DNA of 63,987 bases, counting the filler, from Mitosporidium daphniae (lineage: Eukaryota), in the NCBI RefSeq assembly GCF_000760515.2. It is 26 parts of 26 records of this genome, joined end to end, with 100 filler letters (N's around TTAATTAATTAA, not from the genome) between each part and the next. Parts side by side here need not be neighbours in the genome. Positions count along the whole stretch, not along the records: positions 1 to 2,766 come from NW_013546566.1; positions 2,867 to 5,606 come from NW_013546564.1; positions 5,707 to 8,437 come from NW_013546563.1; positions 8,538 to 11,259 come from NW_013546562.1; 22 more parts are not named here. One strand, given 5' to 3'. Below the pieces are notes generated by a model. The model was not told the origin of the DNA and ran no database searches. It saw only the letters and a list, made by a program, of their open reading frames with translations. Shown piece after piece: positions 1 through 10,744 of the stretch. Both the position numbers and the translations under genes were made by a program. Every line of letters begins with the position of its first letter. Positions within the stretch are counted from its first letter, which is position 1.

Positions 1-151
1 AGTATTTGAATACCATTTGCTATCCCTTTAAAAAGCGCATCTTCTTATAAATGCACACGATTTGTTTGTTGTTATGTGATCGACATTTTTCAATCACCTA
101 AAAACAATGGCTACCAAGGAAGCGATCAACAGAATCACACGAAAATAAACA

Positions 152-213
152 TTGAATTTACATGTTATGGGGTTGAAATTTAAATTGAATTTACATGTTA
201 TGGGGTTGAAAAT
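152..213. repeat. Tandem duplication, 33-bp period (ttgaatttacatgttatggggttgaaa)
   Basis: Two near-identical copies starting at 152 and 185. Confidence 0.85.
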
Positions 214-467
214 TAAAGTGTCTGTTTGTTGGCAATACCAGCTTGTGGTTAGGTCAGTTGTCAATTGTACGTCTCCTAGCTGATGGCGACGCGACAACAA
301 ACATTTCGAACATTAAATCACAGGTTTGATGGCAACCAAAATACTTTGAAAGCGCAGGTGTACCCGCAATAATGTCTCACCGAAATCAGTATGAGACAAC
401 ATAAACTATGGAGGGGAAGAAAACTTTAATTGAATGTTTATTGAATATGAATTCTAAATCTAACATT

Positions 468-842
468 TTAGCAGTCAGACGAAGAGAGGGATCTAAATTC
501 TCCGCATCCATTAATAGTTTGGATAACGATGGGGGCAGATGCAACACCATCTTGAACAAGGGTGATCACATGCACTCCGGATGATAAACACTCAGGGAGA
601 TTAATGGTAATCGTGTTAGGCAAAGCAATTGAAGGGAGAACTCCTAACATGATGGGTTTGTTTCCGAACAAGACAGTAACAGGAGATGCGCTGTCTACAG
701 CATATTCTATCGTAAGGGGGTTGCAGGTCAAGACGATTTGATTTGGTAATGGATACGTAACAGCGATAATCTGGCCATATGAAAATCCAACAACGGAAAG
801 TAAAACAGTAAAGCTAAAAACAAGGAGTTTGCTATAAATCAT
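468..842 (-). CDS. Small secreted protein, 124 aa, probable single Ig-like beta-sandwich
   Basis: Hydrophobic signal peptide (MIYSKLLVFSFTVLLSVVGFSYG), then beta-strand pattern VTYP...LTIEY...ITINLP...GVHVITL; intronless. Confidence 0.7.
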   Translation of the reverse strand: MIYSKLLVFSFTVLLSVVGFSYGQIIAVTYPLPNQIVLTCNPLTIEYAVDSASPVTVLFGNKPIMLGVLPSIALPNTITINLPECLSSGVHVITLVQDGVASAPIVIQTINGCGEFRSLSSSDC

Positions 843-1028
843 TTCTTGATACCAACAATAAAAGGCCTACTTTAAGTACCATGCATGAGTGTTTGTTTGT
901 TTTTTCAAAACCCCATAACAACGATGCTGTGTTCTGATAACAACGATGATTATTTGAAGATGTTGCAAAAACAACGCATAGACGACGGGCTTTTCAATTT
1001 AAAATTTCAACTTCAACTTTTTTTGTAA

Positions 1029-2256
1029 ATGCCCAATGCTGCAATGAGGATGTACACATATTGTCTCCCCTCAATTCGCCGGAAATATTCCTCAAATGTT
1101 TCAGAAGCCGCCTCCAAATATATCTTCAAAAGGTCGCCAACTTTTTCCTCGAACCCATTTTCTAATTATGAACTCCGAGCCAAAGATTCGCAGCAGAAAT
1201 CCGATCCCTTTGAACGGCCAAATCCTGCTGCTAAAAAGGCATATCTTCTGCCTTCAAGCCTATCTTTTTACAGCACTCATCCTACTTTTTTTGACACAAT
1301 TTCATTGCTAAACGATATTTTCAAAAGGATATCATCGTTTTCGTTGTTGAACTTGAGTGAGGAAGACCTTTCCTATGCGTTGTTGATCGATATCCCATCG
1401 GCGATTCGGTTTCCATCCGAGCTGAAGAAGAACGCAAAGAACAAAACCCTTCCCAACTTTTCAATTATTTACAGTTTGGATAAATTGCAGGGCCGTTCAG
1501 AATCTTCAAAAGCTGATGTTTCGATATTTTCGTTGCGTTCTTTGCTGAGCGAAGAGTCTTTAAGCATTTGGAAGTCTTTAAAGGAAATGGAAAGAATCCT
1601 TGGGTGTCCACTTAGTGAGAGGATGTACTATCGTTTATGTTTGAAATTATCGCTTGTCCAAAAGTTGTATGAAAATTGCCCGCCTTCAACTAATCTGACT
1701 TCATTCTTGGAAGGATGGAAACGGTCAACAGTTTCTGAAGGTTCTGATTTAGAGAAGCATGGACCTACAGAATATAAGCTTAGAGAAGTAGACTCTCTTG
1801 GTCGCATACACACGACCGCATCAAAGAAGTGTGCAAAAGCGGAACTGTGGTTATACCCGCAAAGCTTGGCTACTGCTGGGTCTATTTACGAATACCCCTC
1901 TTCAATCTGGCCTATATTTGTCAATGGAAAACCGATGCATATTTATTTTGAAGGAGACATCAAAAAAATAGTATCCATAATAACGCCGCTCGAAGCGACC
2001 AATAGGCATTCTTCTTACTGCATATGGGCCTCGGCCCATGGGGGTGGATTAAAAGGTTCGATAGCGGTTTTTACCAATATTACCTATAGGTAGGGCGGAT
2101 GCTATAAAGATCGCCCTTGCAAGGGCATTAGCAAGCAAAGAGCCGGCCCTTCTTTCTCTGTTAGCAAATCTTGTTGATGGAGATGGACGACGGGTTGAGC
2201 GAAAAAAATATGGCCAACCCAAGGCTCGTAGGCAGTTCACCTGGGTCAAAAGATAA
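1029..2256 (+). CDS. MRPS9: Mitochondrial small-subunit ribosomal protein uS9m (exons 1029-2055, 2090-2256)
   Basis: Removing the 34-nt GT-AG intron 2056-2089 gives ...HGGGLKGRADAIKIALARAL...DGRRVERKKYGQPKARRQFTWVKR*, the S9 C-terminal signature; long R/S-rich N-terminal extension. Confidence 0.93.
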
Positions 2257-2415
2257 ATTAATTACGAAATCACAACGACCCACATAATAAGTGTACATTT
2301 TCTTTATTTGAATTTCTTTTTTTGGTGCCAAATTAGAAATTAACGTGTGCACTTGAAATGACATTTTAATTTCCTTATTTTTAAGCGTGTGGGAGTTTAT
2401 GCTTTTTTACCTTCA

Positions 2416-2766
2416 ATGTCCATACTTCTTTGTCTCACTCGGGATATAAAGCACTTTAGTCGCTCCATTTGCCTCCAAAGACGGCCTCGTTGGAAAAGCT
2501 TTAATGCTGGCGTTTCCGTAAGGCTTAGGGTATCTTTTTTCTCCTCGTTCTCGGGTCAGGATGCTTGTGCCGGTTCTTCTGTCCATCCAGTGCAAAACAA
2601 TGACTTTGAATCGGGGTTTTTCAGTGAGCTAAAACAGGTGATTTCTCTCCTTGGTGGGAAGGGTGCTTCTTTTGACACCGTGACGGGAAAGTATTTTTGT
2701 TTGCGAAGAAAGATCCTAAGGCTCGATGATAACGACGTTGATACGGACGATATGATTGCCATGTTT
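2416..2766 (+). CDS. Hypothetical protein, 3' truncated, N-terminus resembles a mitochondrial presequence
   Basis: ATG after an AT-rich spacer; R/S/L-rich, acid-poor N-terminus; ORF open to contig end. Confidence 0.4.
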
Positions 2767-2866
2767 NNNNNNNNNNNNNNNNNNNNNNNNNNNNNNNNNN
2801 NNNNNNNNNNTTAATTAATTAANNNNNNNNNNNNNNNNNNNNNNNNNNNNNNNNNNNNNNNNNNNN
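2767..2866. other. Artificial contig-joining spacer N44-TTAATTAATTAA-N44 (first of 25; others start at 5607, 8438, 11260, 14080, 16871, 19647, 22371, 25023, 27648, 30226, 32787, 35348, 37800, 40235, 42641, 45030, 47415, 49761, 52019, 54233, 56404, 58548, 60689, 62827)
   Basis: Identical 100-nt block with stops in all six frames; the pieces between spacers decrease steadily in length. Confidence 0.99.
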
Positions 2867-2867
2867 A

Positions 2868-5606
2868 AAGTTTCACTTTTTAAGATGGAATGTTGATCTG
2901 GTTGATACGATGTTCAAATATCTGGTTGAAATTGGAAATGGCGTGTTTGGAATGAAAGAGCATGTGTTTTTCAGAGACCTAAAGCTAGCTTATGATCAAT
3001 TCCAAATTGTCAAGAAAAAAAATATTTTAAACGCTGTTCCTACACACATAGCGGATAATAGAGGCATAGGAGCCTATTTTTCTAAAGCCATTTTGGGACT
3101 TTTAAAGCTTGGATCTTTAGAAAAACTATCTGCTAAGGATACGTTTTACTGCGAGCTTCCTTATTTCGAGTATGAAGATTGTGTTTGTGATGCTGAAAAG
3201 TTCTTTGAATTTTCAGACTCAATTTTGCACTTTTTGAACAACGAAATCGCTTATCAGCCATGCTTTCTAGGCGAAAAGATTCCTCTGATTTCATATCTGG
3301 ACTCTTTGACATTTGGGGCGATTCAAAAGCTCGAAATCTTTCATTCATCCAATGTCGAAAAAATGGACTTTCTCTACACATTTTTCATGAAAATACGGCG
3401 TTTATTGGACTATGAAAATGATCAGCTTATGTACCAAAAAACCCTCATCTTATTTGAAATTTTCAAAACCTACAAAGAAATATACATCAGACATCTAAGG
3501 ACCTGTCTGAAGAACGATGTCGATTTTGGGATTATCAATGATCGTGTTTTTGAAGGGCTATCGCCTTCTTTTTTCTATTCGAATGAAATCGATCTTCTGC
3601 GAAGAAAATTACCAGAATATGTGGGATCTATTTGGTTTTCTCGTAAAGATGGAGAAATTACGTCTAAATTGGTCTCCATATTATTTAAAGGCGGCAAAGA
3701 TCTTCCGAATCCAGATGAGATGGGAAATTTTTTCAATGTAGATATGATTAAAGATTTGATAGGCTATGCTTCTGACTATGATTATGATCCAGAACATCTT
3801 GAAAGGATGGCATATATCTTTACAGTAATTTCGAACCCTATTAGCATTGAAAATTCCAACAATACCGTGCTTCCAGAAGCCTTCTTACTTGACCGACATT
3901 ATTACAATCTTTTACATATGCTTTGTAAAGTACCACGTCATTATGACGGTGCACATGTTTTTTCTCCAATTGCTCCGTTTGGGTTTCAAATTTCCATTAA
4001 TCATGAAATCCGTTTTGAGTTAGAAACAGATGGTTACGATAATGCTGAAGAGATTGCATCACTATTGTGGAAAGGAGAAAGACCGCTCAAGTTGATGAAT
4101 TTGAAGGACAAATTTTCGTCTATTTTTTATTTTTTGAATTATCTTCAAGAAGATCATGCGTTTATTTTATCTGACTTTGGAATGAAAATTCTTTACACTT
4201 TCATGCTCAAACCATCGACATATGCTGATGATGACACGAAAAAGGCTCTGCCTCCAGTTATCCAATATTTTTTATCTCGCAAGGAGAAAATACTGGCAGA
4301 GATTTTTATAAATCGCGATGACATTGAAATGTTTAGGCTTTTAGCAACTTGCCAGATCATTCTCAATCGCTTGATGTTGATTCAAAAAAGAAACTTCGAC
4401 ATTGGTGGTCTTGAGCATGCTTTCGTGGGGAAATTCCAGCCAATTTTCGCCTTTATCAAGCTTAATACGCTGATACTTGGGGAAAGGGCTGCCGACTTGC
4501 AGAAGAGCCATGACCTCTATTTGTCGGTGATATCTAATTTTGAGCTGATAAAGTCTTTTTTTTTCAAGGAAGAAATTCAATATGTGCTTAGGATGTATTA
4601 TGACCATTGGAAATTTCAATCCTCTAAATCAAGATGCGCAGCAAAAACCACAAAAGGAATCCAAAATTTGGTGAATGGAAATTTCCTGATCGATGGGGAA
4701 CGCATACAACATTCGGGGCTTCCATTCCCAAGCCACCGTTTATGGGAGATGATGAATGCCAAAGAAAAACGCGATTATAACGTAGAGGTTACGCTACATA
4801 AGCGCCAATCTGATGGGTCAATATTCTCGATCCTCAAATTTAACCACATGCATTTCACTCTACATGAAAAAGATGCATTTTTGTTCAAAGAGAATGAGAT
4901 CACAGCGAGGCTTGTTTCTGAGTATTTAAACCTTTACCATGAAAAACTGAATCTCAGAGTTGCATTCAACAGCAAAATGGTAGGATCTAACGATCCTATC
5001 ATTGCATTCCAAACTGATTCTGATAATCCGGATAAGAGTGTGTATCTTTTTGATCCAGAAGGATTCGAGTATGGGGAGGTTTCTGGTGGAAATACTTTGG
5101 TTTTGAAAAACTCGTCCAAATTCATAGGGGAGTTATCAACTCCAACCCCCTGCTCTTTTCGCATAAATTCGTTCTGCTCTTTCTCTTCGAAATCGCAATT
5201 GTTGCTTGATGCCCTTTTAACGCGTGGGGTGCTTTTTAACTTTGCAATGGACTCGTACATTTTTACACTAGAAAATGAGGCGCAATCCTTTTATTTCTTC
5301 AATAGTTACAATGGCACAGCAAAAGACTTTTACGTTATGAAGAATGGAAGTGACGAGTATTTTGCAGTTATCAAGGGTGAGAAATTTAGGATTCACCCTC
5401 CTGCTGGGATCGAAGGAAATTTCCTCGTCTCCTCAAACTTGCCATTTCTATTTGTGTCCGTTGAAAAGTCTTTTCAAATTATTATTCCTGTACCTATGTT
5501 ACCATTTGGAAAGTCGTACAAGTTTACTTTTGTCAAGACCACGTGTAAAGATGATCATTTCAACATTGAAGGCCATGATCGAGAGATCGACCTTGCCATC
5601 GTCTAT
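2868..5606 (+). CDS. Giant-protein family member, central fragment (open at both ends)
   Basis: 913 uninterrupted codons. The first ~570 aa align with 22471-25022 (KFHFLRWNVDLVD...SNFELIKSFF); the last ~50 aa align with the start of 14180-16870. Confidence 0.9.
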
Positions 5607-5706
5607 NNNNNNNNNNNNNNNNNNNNNNNNNNNNNNNNNNNNNNNNNNNNTTAATTAATTAANNNNNNNNNNNNNNNNNNNNNNNNNNNNNNNNNNNNNN
5701 NNNNNN

Positions 5707-6712
5707 ATGCTGCTGCTTACAGAAAATTGAAAAGAATGAAGATCTTTTGTCAGCATATGAATTAGAAAAGCTAAAACTATCCAAGCAGAAATCTTCGACC
5801 ATATGCGCATGTCCCTTAAATGCCGACCAACTCAAAGCAATTGCAAACAAATCTCACTTGGCCGAAATGATATCAGAACTTGAGCATATCTCTGAGATAA
5901 CGGCCTCTTGGCTGGCCTCTTCTTCTGTAAGCAGCAGCATTGTTCCACCACCTACGAAATCTCATCTGCTAGCCAATGGTTGCCCTGTGAATGTTCCTAA
6001 TCAAAACCCGCCTTCAACACCTCAATTGGGAGGCAAAGAGGTCCTTGAGTTATGGATGGCCCTATATAGACTTGATACTCTTCCTTCAGGATTCCTTGCA
6101 AACGAAGATCTAATGAGCCTCCAATCTGCAAATTCCATCATACAATCACTAATGGGGGCCCCAGATCAGCAAAAAAGCCTTGAATCAATCATCTCCTGGA
6201 TGTCCCAAAGCTCTTCTGCTGAGGACACTGAAAGAAGCAATCCAAGTGCGGAGGATAATCTTTTTAGCTTTGGTCCCTCATACTCTCTTGTAAGATACTG
6301 TATTAAAAAGATTCTAGCTTCGCCAGCATCTTTACTTCATCCGAAAAGCGAAAAGAATCCCACAAAGATAGAAGAAAAAAATCTCAAGCCTAAGAAGACC
6401 GAAGAAAAAAACGTTCCACCGCCCTCAATTGTCTCTACTCCGACGCCAGTGTCCGTTTGTGAAGAGAATACCTTTGTACAATGGAATATTCTTCCTTCTT
6501 TGGATAGTGCAATCATTGAGACGAACAATTCTTTTTTGAAAGAAGACACAATGCCTAAAAAGCAACCCGCCTTTGTCTTAAAGAAGCTGCAAGCTACAAC
6601 CTTGCCTGCTTCAGAAGAAGAACCGGCCCATCGCCCGCGTCATCAAAAAAAGCTCACTAGCGCTAAACAGTCAGCACCCAAGGCCTTTGATATATCCAAA
6701 AATCCCAAGTAA
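5707..6712 (+). CDS. Hypothetical protein, 5' truncated, S/P/K-rich C-terminus
   Basis: More than 320 open codons to TAA at 6712; no family recognised. Confidence 0.7.
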
Positions 6713-6774
6713 ACCATGTCATATTGAGTACTGATAATATCCATAGCTTTTTACAGGATTTATTGAAATAAAAA

Positions 6775-7055
6775 TTATCCGAATATCACAAGCAACAAGA
6801 CAGCAATGAGATTGAATACAATTAAAGGCACTGATTGTTAAAATCTCGTACTTACATGTAAGGCCCTCGCGGACCCCAGTGATGAAGCTTGCAATTCGGC
6901 TTTTCAGCCCCTCGGATTGATCGGCAACAAGCCCAACTAAAGAAAAGCACAAGCTATTTAAAACTTTTTCGCAGAAACCGCTCTTTATTCAGAATCGCCA
7001 TGCCATTGAGGAAGAGCAAGGCGGAAAGGCCAAGAGACCAAAGGCCAAAAGACAT
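6775..7055 (-). CDS. YOS1: Yos1/IER3IP1 ER-Golgi membrane protein (introns 6937-6964 and 6831-6855)
   Basis: Spliced product MSFGLWSLGLSALLFLNGMAILNKERFLRKIGL...KSRIASFITGVREGLTLPLIVFNLIAVLLLVIFG* matches the Yos1 pattern (N..A.L.E.RFL..IG; PLI..N). Not present as one ORF in the track. Confidence 0.88.
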
Positions 7056-7119
7056 GAATTTACAATAATTTAAATTTAAATTCAAATTTATTAAATTTCT
7101 TCTCCCAACCGAGCTACAA

Positions 7120-7708
7120 ATGAAGTAAGTTGTGGCCTTTTCATCCNTCCGTCCCCAGCTCACAATGGACATGATTTCGGTGTTTTTGTACTAGAATTGT
7201 TCCCTTGATATAATTTTTGTTTCTAAATGTTAGGTTGGACGTATGCGCATTTTCCGGATATAAGATCTACCCAGCCCGCGGAGTTCTATTTGTTAGAAGT
7301 GACAGTCGTCCCTTTCGCCTGTTATCAGGAAAATGTGAAGCTCACTTCCTTTTAAAGAAAAACCCCCGAAAGTACAACTGGACCGTCTTCTATCGTCGTT
7401 TGCATAAAAAGGGATCCACTGAATCTTTGGTAAAACGCCGTGCCCGTCGTACTGTGAAAAGCATGAGGGGGATCATTGGGGTAACCCCAGAGACCATAAA
7501 GGCCAAGAGATCCCAACCTGTTGAACTACGTGAAGCAGCTCGCGCAGAATCTCTCCTTCAGGCCAAGCAGAAAAAAAAAGATCAACAAGCGGCAAAAAAG
7601 CAGGAAAAGATCCGCAATATTGCCACTCGTGCATCTGAAAAGTCAGCACAGCTTAAAGCCAAAAGCGCCAAATCCATGAAGACAAAGCCTCTTGCCCGCT
7701 CTCGCTAA
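7120..7708 (+). CDS. RPL24: 60S ribosomal protein eL24 (exon 1 7120-7124, intron 7125-7233)
   Basis: ATG AA|gtaagt...tag|G TTG gives MKLDVCAFSGYKIYPARG...KNPRKYNWTVFYRRLHKKG. Confidence 0.95.
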
Positions 7709-7854
7709 CCAATAAATGTTTTTATTTAGGGGATTTACTTTGGCCATGCAGCGTTGCCTCTGCATGTGTTCCTTTTTTGCAACCCTGATTTTGGTTTAAT
7801 TTAATCGAATCTGTAAATTGCCAAATTATTCGATTTCTTTTAGGGTTGGCCTTT

Positions 7855-8418
7855 ATGAGTACGTTATCCGCATCTATTGCCACTGCCAATAGCGGCTCTT
7901 CTTCGTCTTCGGCATCTTCTTTTGGATCTGATGGTACATTTTAGCGGTAGAATTTTACTTTTAGAGCTCCAGCAAAAGCGGAAAGATGTTGCTGAGTATA
8001 GCGGAGACATTTTTTATTCTAAACGATACTCTGATGATCTCTATGAATACAGGTTATTTGTTTTCCCTTTATTTTTAGGTATTGAAGCTTGATCTCATAT
8101 TAATTGCTTGTAGGTACACATCTATTTTAAAATTTCGAATTTAGGTACGAGGCTTAATCAATTATTTCGACTTTAGGTACGAGGCTTAATCAATTATTTC
8201 GACTTTAGGTACGAGGCTTAATCAATTATTTTGACATTAGGCACGTAATTCTCCCAAAACAGCTGAGTAAATATTATTGTGGAAGTCGCCTGCTGCTTGA
8301 GCATGAGTGGCGGGGACTTGGAATTCAGCAAAGCCCCGGCTGGACCCACTATTTGATCCACAAGCCAGAGCCGCATATCCTCCTCTTTCGCCGTGACAAG
8401 GGATCAATAGAAACATAA
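7855..8418 (+). CDS. CKS1: Cyclin-dependent kinase regulatory subunit Cks1/Suc1 (exons 7855-7933, 7965-8052, 8241-8418)
   Basis: Spliced: ...[23 protein letters not shown]...[35 protein letters not shown], the full CKS signature. Confidence 0.95.
8053..8240 (+). other. Compound intron of six abutting GT-AG mini-introns (8053-8078, 8079-8113, 8114-8144, 8145-8176, 8177-8208, 8209-8240)
   Basis: Each unit begins GT, ends TAG and is 26-35 nt; all five internal junctions are TAG|GTA with no exon bases between them. Confidence 0.85.
8145..8240 (+). repeat. Three tandem 32-bp copies (gtacgaggcttaatcaattatttcgactttag); the repeat unit equals one intron
   Basis: Copies 1 and 2 are identical; copy 3 has two substitutions. 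Confidence 0.95.
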
Positions 8419-8539
8419 AAATAAGATGCACAAGTACNNNNNNNNNNNNNNNNNNNNNNNNNNNNNNNNNNNNNNNNNNNNTTAATTAATTAANNNNNNN
8501 NNNNNNNNNNNNNNNNNNNNNNNNNNNNNNNNNNNNNTG

Positions 8540-9118
8540 AGCCCATTTGACATTTCATTTAACCTCTGCATTCCAGGCCGCGCTTTACCTCTGGAGGTGT
8601 ATGTTCGCTGGCGTCCGCACTTGTTTTCGTTTTTAGAGGAGCTCAAACATCGTTCCGATGTGATCGATGTTGTTCTCTTCACGGCAAGCCAAAAAATATA
8701 CGCCCGTCGCGTCCTCTCCTTAATGGATCCAGATGGCTCCATCTTTTCGCACTCCCTATTTAGGGAGTCGTGTCGATTTTTGGAGGGATCTTTTGTGAAA
8801 GATCTTAGCATTCTGGGGCGCCCGCTATCCCATACCATTCTTGTGGACAACTCCATTCAGGCATATGCACTCCATCCAGAAAATGGATATGCCATCCCCT
8901 CTTGGTTCGACGATCCAAAAGACAATGAGCTTCCAAGGCTATTGTCGTTTTTGGATAATCTGCTGTCCAGGACCGCAGCCTTCCCCGAACAAGTAGACTT
9001 TCGCCACATCATTCGAAAACGATTTCCTATTTATAATTCCACCATTGCCCTGAAAGAAACAAAACGCTCCGATGTCTCGTCCGTTAAACTTGAAAATGCC
9101 GTGCAGATTATGGTTTAG
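8540..9118 (+). CDS. FCP1/SCP (NIF) family CTD small phosphatase, 5' truncated
   Basis: VYVRWRPHL..FL, VVLFTASQKIYA, LFRESC, VKDLSILGRPLSHTILVDNS, PENG..IPSWFDDPKDNEL motifs; the DxDxT motif lies off-contig. Confidence 0.92.
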   Translation, partial: SPFDISFNLCIPGRALPLEVYVRWRPHLFSFLEELKHRSDVIDVVLFTASQKIYARRVLSLMDPDGSIFSHSLFRESCRFLEGSFVKDLSILGRPLSHTILVDNSIQAYALHPENGYAIPSWFDDPKDNELPRLLSFLDNLLSRTAAFPEQVDFRHIIRKRFPIYNSTIALKETKRSDVSSVKLENAVQIMV

Positions 9119-9217
9119 TTTGTGTGTAAATAATTAATAAAGAATAAATCGGCAGCAAATTAATTTGGCCCCAAATAGGCAATTTGAAGTACAATCTTTC
9201 CAAGCCACAAGTCACCA

Positions 9218-10744
9218 ATGGGAACCCGGGTCAGAACATCTACAGACAATTTTCATAAATCAAAAAAATATTCCGATTTCTACCACATTTTCCGGAAATC
9301 CGGGCTTCAAGAAGCGGAGACCGTTCTTGACTGTACACAGCGGAATATCTTTTCTTAACACATAGCTTATACATGTGCATTCCAGAAGGATATTTTGATA
9401 CAGGGCCGGCTATACTTGACCAACGCGCATCTATGTTTCTACTCCAATATTTTCGGGTGGTGCACAAAGGCTTGGATGTCCTATTTTTTATTGATAGCTA
9501 GTGATCGAATTAGACGAAGTGATCGAAATCGAGCGGAAATCAACAGCCTTCATTTTCCCCAATTCAATTTTGGTTTCCACGCTAAAATCAAAGGTTTCTT
9601 TTCTGACTCCCATTAGCGCAGTACTTTTTTGCCTCGTTTTTGCAGCGCGAATCTGCATTTGAGAAAATAAGAAGCGTATGGAACTCTGTGCTTGTGAACT
9701 CGTCTTTGGTAGCAGAATTTATCCTCTTACAGTAGCAAGCGAGAAGAAAAAGCTTCATGCTGGCCTCAGACTTCCCCATTTCATTTGAACCAATCAAATA
9801 CCATTCGTACTCATTTAGGCAGGTTTTCGAAGCCGGAATATCGTCGATAACGGACTTTGTTTTTGAGAAAATTTTATTTGATGCCTTTTTGACGGGAAAT
9901 TCAAAGTTATGGAGGTGGAGCTATGCATTAGGTTTGTCTCGTTGCGCTCCTCTCATTACTAGATGAGGAAAATGAAGGCCGGAATTTTACATTCAGAAAG
10001 GGAATGCTGTATGGAGGTCCGGGCATCCAGCCAAGGCTTCTTCAGTTCCAAATTTTGAAAAGCTCACGAAAGTCCATTTTGAGCAAGGATGGCGAATTCT
10101 CGTCAAGGTTTCTGCACGATTCCATCTAATCGCTAACATGTAGCATCGAAATTTTCATCTACATGGACAGGATCATCACATGCCCCATTATATTGCTTCA
10201 AATTGAACTCTCGTTGGGGGTGATTGACCCAATCCACTCTGTGATCAGCGGAACATATGGCTTAAGGCTACTTAATGGGCTGCAGGATCATTTCGTAATC
10301 TCAAGTATCACCATGATAGCAACAGTAACCATTTTAGACATTACAAACGGGCTGGCCCTTTACTTAATCAGAAGAATCGGATCTCATATGAATACACATG
10401 TTAAGAGGTTGTGCCAAAAAGCAAGACCAATGTCGCTAACAATACTTCATGAGAAACACAAGCAGCCAAAGATGATACATTCGACGGCTGTGTCGGCGGG
10501 GAAATCGAGAAAGATTCCATTCACGTATCTGTGTATTTCACTGCTGGTACTGCTCTGCTCGATTACCGTGATTATCCTTAAAAGCCAAGATGGGCATTTG
10601 AGAAAAAATATTACCACAAATTGTACCGATTGCCATTTCCAAGGCGAGTCTTTCCTTGAGTCGGTCTTTGTGGACATTGTATTAAAGAAGAAAATGGCTG
10701 TCCTTGTAAACCAATTGAGGTCGCTCAAAAAAAATAAACTCTAA
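9218..10744 (+). CDS. GRAM-domain membrane protein (Lam/Ltc/GRAMD1-like), multi-exon
   Basis: Spliced GRAM motif YTCAFQKDILIQGRLYLTNAHLCFYSNIFGWCTK|LVIELDEVIEIERKSTAFIFPNSI...|YFFASFLQRESAF; C-terminal TM helix and coiled tail; several short introns. Confidence 0.85.

Noticed and set aside
2767..2866. Recurring TTAATTAATTAA motif as a biological repeat or CRISPR-like array
   Set aside because: Always centred in exactly 88 Ns between size-sorted contigs; it is an assembly linker. ORF tails such as XXXLIN are artefacts.
8145..8240. 32-bp repeats as a CRISPR array
   Set aside because: No spacers, eukaryotic context, and the units coincide with introns of CKS1.
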